From Monocercomonoides exilis PA203 (Eukaryota; Protista; Preaxostyla), in NCBI GenBank assembly GCA_001643675.2, contig LSRY02000049.1:558001-622000 (forward strand): DNA of 64,000 bases, written 5' to 3'. Positions 1-12,400 of this stretch are shown piece after piece. The translations under genes were made by a program, and so were the position numbers. Each line of letters begins with the position of its first letter. The stretch's first letter is position 1. The notes beneath the pieces are model-generated. The model saw nothing but the letters and a program-made list of their open reading frames with translations. It did no database searches and was not told where the DNA came from.

Positions 1-1720
1 CTTTGTTTTTTGATCGATAATTTTCTTGTTTATTTTTTTTTTTCTTATCGAAGAACGTCTGAGACAAAAACATAGCACTTCAATCATTTTCTTCAAAATT
101 AACTGCGCTGTGGATAAACTTTTTGGGTAATTTACAATAAATAAAAAATACCCGTTTGATGGATGGATTTTTTAAAAATATATATAATGAATGAGACAAA
201 TCAACAAAGTTACTGCATCAATGGTATTTTCAAACAAATGGGACAAATTTTGATTGATTCACTGCAATTTGTTGGTGTTGCCATTTTATTGAAGGAAATG
301 ATACACTTATGCATCAAGAAAAGAAGCTTGAAAATCCAGTTCCTCTTCCAACATATTTGTTGTTGTGTTTTTCTTTTTCACACTGTTTTTTTGTTATTCT
401 TTGCTTGATTCTTTTCATGTTTGGTGATTGGTTTTGAAATCATAACTGTTTTCGGAATGTGGATAATTTGTTCTATCTCTTTTATGATGAGCACATTTTT
501 TTTTGAATTCTAAATATTCAATTCACTGAATTCATAGTTGCAACAAACAAACAAACAAGTGTTCAACAAAATCCACAATGTTTTGCATTCACTTCAGGGA
601 GAGAAACATTTGTGAAATATCATCAGACAATTATTGTTATAATTTTTCTGTTTGAATAATAATGAATATAACAATATTTGACAATCTCATCATTTGTCTC
701 AAAAATTCAAGAACACTTCTTCCCACTTCGTTTTTCTTTTTTTGATTAAAATTCCAATTAATAATACATGAATGTGACTTCGTTATTTTGATAAATTCTG
801 ATTATTTGTTTTTCCACAGTGTGATTGTTATAATTTCAATTTTTGCAAATATATCTTCAGTATATTTCAATTTATTATTTTCATTCAAAAAAGAATTGAC
901 AAAAATTTCAATAATCATTTTATTCGAAAAAATTAATCAAAAATGATTCCAAAAACGAAGTCACATTCATGTATTATTAATTGCAATCAAAAAAGAAAAA
1001 ACGAAGTGGGAAGAAGTGTTCTTGAATTTTTGAGACAAATGATGAGATTGTCAAATATTGTTATATTCATTATTATTCAAACAGAAAAACTATAACAATA
1101 ATTGTCTGATGATATTTCACAAATGTTTCTCTCCCTGAAGTGAATGCAAACATTGTGGATTTTGTTGAACACTTGTTTGTTTGTTTGTTGCAACTATGAA
1201 TTCAGTGAATTGAATATTTAGAATTCAAAAAAATGTGCTCATCATAAAAGAGATAGAACAAATTATCCACATTCCGAAAACAGTTATGATTTCAAAAACA
1301 ATCACCAAACATGAAAAGAATCAAGCAAAGAATAACAAAAAATCAGTGTGAAATAGGAAGACACAACAACAAATATGTTGGAAGAGGAAATGGATTTTCA
1401 AACTTCTTTCTTGATGCATAAACGTGTCATTTCCTTCAATAAAATGGCAACACCAACAAATTGCAGTGAATCAATCAAATTTGTCCCATTTGTTTGAAAA
1501 CACCATTGATGCAGTAATTTTGTTGATTTGTCACATTCATTATATATTTTTATAAAAAACCAATCCATCAAACGGGTTTTTTATTTATTGTAAATTACCC
1601 AAAAAGTTTATCCACAGTGCAGTTAATTTTGAAGAAAATGATTGAAGTGCTATATTTTTGCCTCAGACGTTTTCGATAAGAAAAAAAAATAAACAAGAAA
1701 ATTATCGATCAAAAACAAAG
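1..1720. repeat. Long imperfect inverted repeat (foldback): arms 1-784 and 954-1720, ~170-bp spacer; probably truncated by the window edge
   Basis: Window start ctttgttttttgatcgataattttcttg is the reverse complement of caagaaaattatcgatcaaaaacaaag ending at 1720. The match continues inward with scattered substitutions and small indels to ...catgaatgtgacttcgtt (784) / aacgaagtcacattcatg (954). Confidence 0.95.
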
Positions 1721-3459
1721 ACTGGAAAATTTTCAGTTATTTCTTCAAAAGAGATATTTTCATCTTTTTGATAATAAAAGATTTTGTCAAAGTCCAGCTT
1801 TTATTAAAAATCACAAATAATTTCAAAAAAAATTTTTTTATTGTTTGAAATGATTTGAATAAAAAATAAATAAGAACAAGTGCCCCAATGAAAAAGGAGA
1901 CAAATAAAAGTATTGCTCACATATGTTGGTGATTGCCCTCAAACAGTTGAGATCGAAGTTCAACTGCACTTCCTTGTTGTGGGCATATGTGGCAAAATGT
2001 GGTGTTTTTTGAATGTGTTTCCACTGACAAATGCTGTCATTGGAAGAACATTTTTCAGCCTATTATTAGTTGTGATATAATAACAAACACATTGACTGTT
2101 GAGGAAGATGTTCTTATCCCACATTGAAAATTCTTTGTCAAATTGTCTTTTCAGTTGAAGAAATGGAATAACAAGATTTTGCCAATGTTTTTTTCCCCTC
2201 AGAAGCGATAAAAGCCATTGACACACTAATCAATACCATTGGGGACCATCACAAATCCTTAATATTTCAATCCATATTTATTGTGTGTGCTAATTTTGCT
2301 TGGCAATGAGCATTTGTTCCATTGTGTTAGCGATACAACTCCCACAAAATCAACAAACGCAGCAATCATTCACATTCATCTGGCATTCCAACGCTCAGTG
2401 GCCTTTGACAGGAAGCTCATTGAGGCAAACACAATCAACCACAGATTCAACAACTCACAATTTTGTGTGTATGTGTGTGTGTGCAATGGCACAAACAACA
2501 AGATGTTTCCCTGCTTTGGAAAAAGAATATCTTCTCTCAGCTGGGAAAAAAAAAGAAGAAGAAGAAGAAATGCCAATAAAAGAATATTTCTTTCTTTCTC
2601 ATGTTAATTCGATTGCATTCTTGATTGGAACGGTATTTGAAGCAGTTGGACGACTGATGATGGCCATTCATCAGGAGGAGACAAGATGCAGAAAATATCT
2701 TTCCCAACTTTTGTGGGGATGTGTTGAGCCTTGCCCGGCTACTCAGAAACAGACTTGGCTGACAGCACCCGAACAGCAGAACAACAGCTCTCCAGCAAAT
2801 ACGTCCAAGTCTTTTGCCCTCCCCGTGCTTCTTTCGTGGTCAATGGGCATTCCAGACACCAAGCACCACAAAATTATGAATGACTTCGACTGCTTTTACA
2901 GATGCTGAATATCGAGTTTTCTTCTTGTTTTTCTTTGAAATGGAAAAAAAAAAAAAAGAGAGAAATGAAACAGCAGCAACTGGGCAGTTCTTGTCCCATC
3001 CTGCAAATGCTTCATATTGTGAATATGGATACAACCATACAAAAATACACATATAAAATAAACAAAATTATTCCAACAACAACTGAAAATGGAATATGAA
3101 ATGTTTTGTCCGAAGCAATGCTGTGCTGATCAGTGTTCGGCCATGTGGGCATTGCCGCTTTTCCCAGCATGCAGCATGCAGCATGCACCTGGCCAAGCAT
3201 CCACAACACAACGGGCAACAACCAATCATTGCTCCCACGGGTTCAGAGAAGCCTTCTGGCTTCACTCGTCCTCCAATGGCCATTGTGTTGTCTGCACCAG
3301 GGTTTCTTTTTCTTTTTCTTTTTTCTTTTCTGAATCAACTCTATTTCTGTGCTGTTCAAAAATGTTGAACACGTTCAAAGTTTTCCAATGAATGCTCCAA
3401 CTCCTCTTGTCTTATTTTTTTATTTCATTATTCTGCTCTGCTCTGCTCTGCTCTCCTCA

Positions 3460-6400
3460 TCATTTGCCATTCGCCTCATCCTTCACTTCCTCTTGCTTCT
3501 TCATGTCTCTGGATCTGTTGCCAATGTCTGTCATGCTGGTCATGCATGTCGTGCTGTTCATGCTGGCTCCACTGGCCATGATGGCCAAGCTGGTGCTGCA
3601 GGCCTCCTCCGACTCCTCTTCGTACCCGATCGCATCTGTCATCGTGAGCACTGCTGCACCCGGAGGGAACAGTTTGATCAGCTCCCGCTTCACATCTCCC
3701 AGCGTCATCCGATCCTCTGCCTCATAACGCAGGCACCCACCCACAACCCCTCTCACACGCGACCCCTTCGCAACACCCATCCCCACCTTCTCTCCTCGCA
3801 CAATCATGCTCCCTGCTGCCTCTCCCGAACACTCCCCAAACGGGATCTGCAGCGTCACACACTCCCACACCATCATCCCAACAGAAAACACAACCGTCTT
3901 CTTCGTCGCATGCTTCCTTGTTCCATTCAGCAGCTCTGGCGCCTTCCACCTCATCCACTCCTTTCTGCTGTCTTCCTCATCCTCAAATGCCGATGAGGGC
4001 AGAGAGTCTCTGTCATCATCATCATCACTTGTTGATGTGACAACAGTTGACGAAGAGATGGAGGATGAACCAGAATCTGAAGAAGAGCAGTCGGAGTGGA
4101 GGGCAATGCAGATGACCATATGTTCTGAGAACAACACAATGTGGGGACTCAGATTGGTAAGAGATTGAAGTGGATTGTTCATTTCATCAAACGAGTGGAG
4201 TGCAAGATTGGCCACCCAGAACAGGATCTGAGCAGCCGTCACCTCCCTCTCCTGGAGAGTTCCGATTGCCATCTCTTTCTTCTCATTTTTCCCATGAAGA
4301 AGCATGAACAATGAATCCCTCAGATCCACAATCAGCTTCTCATGGGGAGACGAGCAGGCCATTGCATCCACCAGATTCGACATCGACGATGTGGTTGGGC
4401 ACAGACTTTCCGATCGAACAAATGTGGATTCTGTGTCTAATGTGTCTGTGGTAGAAGTGGATGAAATGGATGGCGATGGTGTTCTCTTCCTCGATATATC
4501 ATCTTCTTCCTCATCAACCTTCTCCAGCATCCATTGAGGGATCTTGTCTGAATCTCTTCCCAAAATGTATTCTGTGGAGCCACACTCACTCAGCAAATGT
4601 TCTGATGATTCGGAATGCCCCAAGCTTTTCTCATACACCCTCTTCTTGATCCTTTCATCGTTCTTCTTCTCTGCCTCCCTCTCTGCTCTCCTCCACTGCT
4701 CCTCAGGAGACATCTCCATCGTCACCATTTCAAACGCCTTCGGATCTTTCCTCACTGTGTCTTCCACAATCACTTCAAGCTCTTTTGTTCTTCTCTTTTG
4801 CTTTTTCCAACGAACAATAAAGGATATTGCGACGATGAGAACAATAAATAAAATTACAACCAAAATAATTATTATCACGGTTGAAGAAGAAAACTTTCCA
4901 TTTCCTCCTTCAACAGTCCTTTCGTCTCCATTTCCTTTCGGCTCACTCTTGTTCTGCAAAATGAATGCCTCTGTGTGCGACGGCGCAGACATGTTCCCAA
5001 ACAGAATGCTCACCCTCACCTCTGCCTCCTCTCCTCCCCATCCCACCTTCTCCATTTCTGCCCAGTGCCTCACCTCCCTTTCGCTCTCGAAATCCTCTTC
5101 CTCAAACATGTGCTTCTCCACATACTCCACATCCCCCACCACTCCCACCACCTCAAACCCCAGAGAGCACGGCAGCAGCACCCACCCCTTGAACCTCAGC
5201 TCCACCATGCCTCCCACCTCTCCTGTCTCCTCTGTTTCCACCTCCCTCAGATGTGGGATGAAGAATGCCGACTTCCTTTCCGAGGCGAGCCCTCCCATCT
5301 GGCACCCCTCTCCCACCACCCACAGCGAGTCATCTTCCTTCCACCCATCTCCTCCTTTCAGACTCACCACATCCACTCTCCCACCTTCTGTGCACACCAC
5401 ATTCCGCCGAGCTGACACATATTTCGCAGAACTCCCCTTGTTGTTCCAAAACTCCCCTCTTTCGATCGTTGCACTTCCCCCTGCAACAGATAGCGCCCCA
5501 GCCTCTGAGTTGCAGATTGTCGAGTCCTTCACCACAACTGTGCTGTTGACCCCACAAATCTGCGATCCGTTCCACCAGCAGACCTCCTCCCCTTGCTCAA
5601 GAGGGCTCCCTTGTGCTTCGTTGCTCCATCCCCCATCAACAACACAACTCGAGCACACAATGTTTGTGCATGATACAAATGACATCACTGTTCCAATATT
5701 TGAAGCCGATGAAGAAACTTCCGAATGAAATGATGATGATGAACATGAATCGAACAAGCAGTTGTCCACACAGATGCAATTGTTGCTGTTCGCCATGGAC
5801 AGAATGCTCTGCTTGTGGGCAGCACTGGAAATGTTGCTGAATGACGAGAAAAGGATCGAGAAGTTGTGATCTGCACCATTGCTCTGCTCACCTTGTATTT
5901 GCCCTTGCCCTTGCACCTGGCTGCCCATCACCATCATGCATCCACTTCTCAGTCGCACATGCGATGCCGAATAATTGAACAGCATCATCGAAACATCGTC
6001 TGCCACGCTTATCCCATCTGCCTCGATGTCTGTGTTTTGCACAGCAAGATGCGACACATTCAGCGAGCTGTTCCGGCATGCAATCAGCTTTTGCGCCCTC
6101 GTGTTTCTTATCTTGCATTGATCAAAAGAGCATCTCGTATTTTCGCACTCCATCAAAGTCATGCATCTCCCCTCTGAGATACCACTGCTCGACTCAAAAC
6201 TGCACAACACCAAAGACACAGTCCCCATCCCTATCCGCATCAGAGTTTCGTGTGCAGACGGGAATGGCACGGGATACGAAAACAGGATGAGCTTCACCCC
6301 ACTCTCCCATCGATGCTGAACACATGCTCGCGCGTTTGTGTTGCGATGCTGTCAAATGATATCGTCGAATGAGTCTCCCACCTGGACTTCAGCTCCACAT

Positions 6401-9400
6401 CCCTCAGGTCGCATTCCCCACCTGCTGCACTTTCTTCGTCCACAACAGCCGTCAAGAACATGCCCCCTGACAAGTGGCCCAGCCCATAGTCCAGCGAACG
6501 GCATGGCAGCTCTGCCGCGCCACACTGCCTTGTGTTTGCCCCTTTGCCGTTGCTCGACGACACAACCACAGTCGAAGAGTAGTGCACAGTAATCAGCGAC
6601 ACCAAATCCACCGGGCTCGTGCTCACTGTGTCGATCCCGTAGATCGCGTTGATCCGGTTGTACACCCCTTCCTGCACATCCATCTTGAACTGGCTCTCGT
6701 TGATCTGCTTGTCGATCCGATAGCACTCGATAAACACATCGTTCCCCACATGCGCTGCATTGCCCTTGAACACCACCCGCGAAAACAAAAACGGAAGATC
6801 CCCGTGGTTCTTCGTTCTGATGCACACGCCACCGCCTCTCCCGCTGTCCAGGCTGCAGCTGCACTGAAGCAGCGTGCTGTCCCTTATCGTCAGCCTCCCT
6901 TCTTCGTTCAGCCCAAACAGCACTGCCCCTCCGTTTTGCGAGCCGCTTGCTTTGCACAGCTCAAACACACTTTCATATACCTCCACGCTCCACACCCCCT
7001 GCCCTCCACACCACACCACACTGCTTTTCTCTCCCTCTGCCCCCACCGACGACACTTTCGATCCGTTCACTCTCACCCCTATCTTGCTGTTCATGCTGAC
7101 TCCTGCTCCTGACCCATCAACCGCGCTGAGCACACACCCACTTTGCATCCCAATCGAGTTCACAACTACATTCTCCAGAACACAATCACACCCACCGCCA
7201 ACCTGCACAACACACCCTTCGAACTTCACTTCACACACCTCGAGCCCTGCCACATTCAGTGTCCCCTCTCGCATCGCCACATAGTTGAACCGGCTCTTGT
7301 GCTGGCCTTCTCCCGCGCTCGCCGAAGTCATCTTGCATCTGCGAATCCAAAGGCTGCCTTGCTCGTTCACAACCACATTTGCTTCCCTTTCCTCGCCCAT
7401 CTTCTGCACACTCATGCATATTCCATCAAACACCAGCTCTCCCTTGTTGCACATGACACCATCCCGCTCACTGTCTCCCTCCAAGTCGAATACCATGTTG
7501 CATGCTGCATCTTCCCCTGCCGCGCTGCCCTCGCATTCGACACTGCAGTTCGTCAGATCAAATCCATCTGCAATCCTCAGCTCTCCCTGCACCCTCACCG
7601 ATCTCATTTTCGTCTCCTTCTCCAACTTCTGCATCCCCATCCAGAATGTGCTGCACGGCTCTGCTGCACTCCCACACCGCATCACATCGTATCCCCCAAC
7701 TGACGAGATGTGCATCACTGTGCTCATGTACTCCCTCACAAACCGATACAGATCCGTCTCCCCAAACACCCCATCCCTTCCCACAAAGTCGTTCCCTTCT
7801 TCTTCCCCTCTGCTGCTCTTAAACCCAAACGTTGCTCTCGTTATCGAGCTGTTCAGGTCTCTCGCAACAACAAACGCATTCACACCCATGTGTGCAGCAT
7901 TCAGGGACACTTCAACATCTGTGAACAAAAATGGCTCATCATCCTCCGATTCGCTTCCATCCACAAACAGTCCACCCCCTTTTCCTTCCTCCACCGAGCA
8001 GCTGCAACTGCTCATCTTGCACTCGCTCATCACAAGTCTCCAGTCTCCTTTCAAAACTGCATGCACAGCCCCTCCTTCCTTGCTCTCGCTGCACTTGATC
8101 TCCTTTATTGTGCACTTCGACATTGCCGTGTCGCCACACGAAACAATCGGCGGTGCTGCTCCGGTCACGTGCTCCATTGCGCAGTCGCTCATCGTCATGT
8201 GCCCGCCGTTCACTGTGATCAACGAAAACGATATGCACTTTGCATGCTCTGCAGAAAACGAGCAATGGCTGATGTTCAATGCGCCAGATGGTGCGGTGCA
8301 GCATATCAGTGTTCTGTGGGGCTCACTTAGCGATTGTGGCACACACAAGTGCAACAGGCTCAGAACAGTTTTGCTGCTTGTTCCCAGAACCCATTCCACC
8401 TGGCCGTCTGCCCACTGCTCCGAAAACGATAAGGCAGCCTCTGCTTCTGCACTGGATGATTCCACTGTCATCGCCGAAACATCAAACTCGCCTGCAATCT
8501 CGCACCCGTTCTCAACAGCCATCTTCCGCTCTTCATAATCTGCTCCCAAGTTCCGATACCCTTGCCAGAACGAAAAACACGGATACTGCTCCCCTCCGCA
8601 CCCAATCATATCGTATCCTGCATTCGACACAGCAACCACACAGCCGTCGTATCTGACCAGAAACAGCTCCAGCGTGATCAGCTCAAATGTGCTGTCTGCC
8701 CCAACATATCCGTTCCCATCATCTTCCGCTGAGCCCCACCTCAACACCATTCGGTCTGCTGTGACACTCTCGTTCAGGCTCAAGCACTCCACAAACACAT
8801 TTCTCCCAAAGCACGCATCGTTTCCCTCAAATCTGACATCCCGCACCAGATACTTCTGCACCCGCCCGCTCCTCATGTCCATCAACACCCCACCCCCTTT
8901 TCCTTCTCCTTCCTTTGTGCATCGGCATCCGCTCATTTCCGTCTCTTCAACACAAAACTCCATGTCCCCTCCTATCTTTCCGCTCACACATGCACCATCC
9001 GACATCGACGAGCAATCTGTGAATGTGCAGTTTGATATCGTTGCATTCCCAATCCCGCTCCAAATTGTCGCAACATGCCCGCTCTCAAAATCGCATTCGG
9101 CAATGCTCACATTCAACATCTCCACAATCCTTCCTTCCTTCCCAGCAATCATCCCATTCCCTCTCCCACACACCCCATTCGCACAGCTGTCCTCCATCTT
9201 CAGCGACCCTCCACACACCAAAAACAATTCCCCTTCTCCAATCACATCCATCTTCCCGATCCTCACCCTGCTCATATCCAGCTCTCCCCCATGAATCGAT
9301 GCGATCCTCCACCCGCCTCCCTGCCCTGCTGCGCTCTCATCCACAATCTCGCTGTCAATCACCACAGCCATCCCGCACCTCAGCTCCACCAATTCTGCCT

Positions 9401-12400
9401 CTGCCAGCCCTTCCCCAAGGGCAACAACAACATTCGACAGCATCAGTGTTGTTCGTGCCACACCCTCTGTCACCTCCAGGTGCGCTCCGCTCCCAACGCT
9501 CATCTTCCCCTTCTCGCTGTTCCCTCGGATCGTCAGCGGCTCGCTCCCTCTGTTCACTGTCCCGTTCAGCGGCGCCTCCTTCTTGATGTGGATGATCGAC
9601 TGCGCTGCTTCCATCTGTCCAAGCCCCGTTTCTACACTGCTGCACGGCGTGTCCTCGAACCCGCATTCGCTTTCGCTCCACCCGTCCTTGTTCACAAACA
9701 CAATTTCTGCAACACTCGCAAACAAGTACTCAAACAGGCTTGTGCTCACATATTCGTGAGGCTCCTTGTCCACCACCCACAGCCGCTTCTGCTCCTCGCT
9801 GCTCTCCTCGCTCGACGCCGTCCCGCTCCAGTATATCGCATTCATCATCAGCCGCGGCTTTTCGCACACCACATACACATCCCGCCCTTGGTACGCACTG
9901 TTCTCGCTGAACTCCAAATCCTTCATCGAGTACACCGCCTCCAGCCCTCCAAACCACAAATACACCCCTCCCCCAACTCCGCTCGCTCCCGGCGTCTTGC
10001 ACCACCCCACCTTGTTCTTCTCAAAAATCATCGTGCTCCTTCCGCTTGTCTTCACCCACACCCCGCCTCCCTTCGACCCGCTTTCCTCGCAGCTGCTGTT
10101 CCAGAACGTGCAGTTCCGCATTCTCCTTGTCTCCCCTTCCCCAACCATGCACACCACAACCCCGCCATTCCCCCTCGTCCTCTGCAGCTCCTCAACCGTC
10201 ACATTCCACACCTCAACCAGCGTCCCTCCACTTATCTTCAACCCGCTGCTGTCCTCCTGCATACACCCGCTCATTCTCCAGTGCTTCAGCTCCATCTTCT
10301 TTGTGTGCTTTATCTCCACCAGGCTGCCTCCTCCTCCTTCTTCTTCGTTTTTCGATCCATATATCTCCAGCCCCTCCATCACCCCTGCACACTCATCTCC
10401 GTCAATCACCACAAGCGGCTCTCTTGTGGTCACCGAACTCATGCTCAGCCCGCTGATGCTCAGTGTGCCCCCAACACATCTGATCAGCTGTGCATCCAGC
10501 ACTGCATCTGCTGTTTTCATCTGTACCGAGCAGCTGCATATTGTCAGCGAAGACCCCACACACACAAACACACATTTGTGGCCACCTGTGTTGGGCGTCC
10601 CTTCGTGTTCCGCTCTTTCTGCTGCAACATCGGTGTGCTGATTCAGCCCCGCACTCGAGCAACGGGCACCTGAAGAACTCACCGAGAAGTGTATTCGCGA
10701 GAATGATATGGTGCTGCTCGTCTCGACCAACCACCCCTCTGCCCCAATCCCAGATGTGTCTATCTGGATGGCCTCTTCCGCCACAGCTGCTTCAAACTCG
10801 ATGCTCCGCTCAGCCAGCGTGAGCTTGCTGTTGAAGACAAACGTGGGCATCAGCCTCACCGATGCCTGTGCTGCCCCAAACCTCAGCGCGCACCCATACC
10901 CGATTGTCGAGCATGGATACACCTCCAGCCCGCACATCCGATAATCCACTCCGCTCTCTCCCCCAACATGCACACTTCCTCTGAACTCCACCACAAACAC
11001 AGCCAGCGGCACAAAAGCGCTCACCTCCCCTCCCTCCCCCACCTCCTCCCCTTCCAGTTCCCTGAACGTGGCCTTCGTCTCTCGGTCAAACTCAAACTGC
11101 ATCGACTCGTCTGTTATCAGCCGCGACAGATTCTCTCCCCAGACAAACACGTTGTCCCCACCTTTCGACGCGTGGTTTGCCTTTTCGTTCACCCCAAACA
11201 CAACATCGGCAACAACAAACGACGACAGGTTCCCCTTGCTGACCAGCGCCACCCCGCCTCCATATCCCCCTATCTCATTCCCATCCCTTGCACAGCACCC
11301 TTCAAACAATGAACTCATCCCCACTTTCCCAACTTTCCCAACTTGCACACTGCCGTCTTCCTCCATTTCCACATGTATTCCTCCTCCATTCCCACGCTCT
11401 GTCCAGCACCCCACCATCTGCACATCAAACATCTCCAGGGCACAGCCCCCCGACACCACTCCTCGCACACAGCATCCGTTCCCCTTTGTGGCTGTCACCT
11501 CGCTCATCGTGCAATTCCTCACAACCATGTTTTTCCCCCCACGGTCACATATCCCGCACCCCTCTGAAAGGGACAGCCCCGACATCGTCGTGTTGCTCAC
11601 TTCGCACATCCCCTGTGCACCATGCAATATCAGCCCATCAGCATGTGCCTTGCCCACCCCACTGAACAGACACTGCTCAATCGTCCCACATCCTGAATCC
11701 TCAACAACAACAACTGGCACCGATGCTGCGGCAATGGCTGTGAGCTCGAACTCCTCCAGCACCAGCCGGCCACCCGAGACGCGCAGGAACGTGTGCTTCA
11801 GCTCTCTGCTCTGCTCGCTGCTCCCGCCGCTGCAGACACCCACCGAGCACAACCGGATGTTGATCTCCCCACCAGTCGTGTGGATCAGCGCATCCTTCGC
11901 CTTTTTCTGCGCCGGAGCCACAAACACCACTTTTTCGATTGTCACTTGTGCGCTGCTCTCCACAGTGCCCTCTGCCCCAGCACCCTCGCTCTGCATCATT
12001 TCCACCTCACTGCCCACTCCCATTCCTCGTATTCTGTATTCTCCTTCTTCCAGAACCATCTCTCCTTTCACACATGAAGGCGATGTCACCACGCAATTCA
12101 CACCTGCTCCTCTGCCCCACAGCCCCACCCCATAGTCCACTGACTGGCACTCAAACCCTTCATACCCACATCGGCCAAAGTCCCTGCTCCTCTCGCCCCC
12201 CACCCGGATTTCCTCTGGGGCATCCCGCAAGTACAGAACAACCGGAACCACCCATGTCTCGTCCCCGTCTTCATAACCCCCAATCTCCTCTGTGTTCTCA
12301 TACGATTCCACAAACCCAAACTTTGCTCTCTTGATCTCCCGCGAAAAGTCTTCCACACACACAAACACATTCCTTCCCCCAACACTCGCCTGGCACCCGC

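Noticed and set aside
163-408. 81-aa ORF in the left foldback arm (and small ORFs at 54025, 55044, 55484)
   Set aside because: They lie in or beside non-coding repeats, have AT-rich random-like composition and show no transposase motifs.
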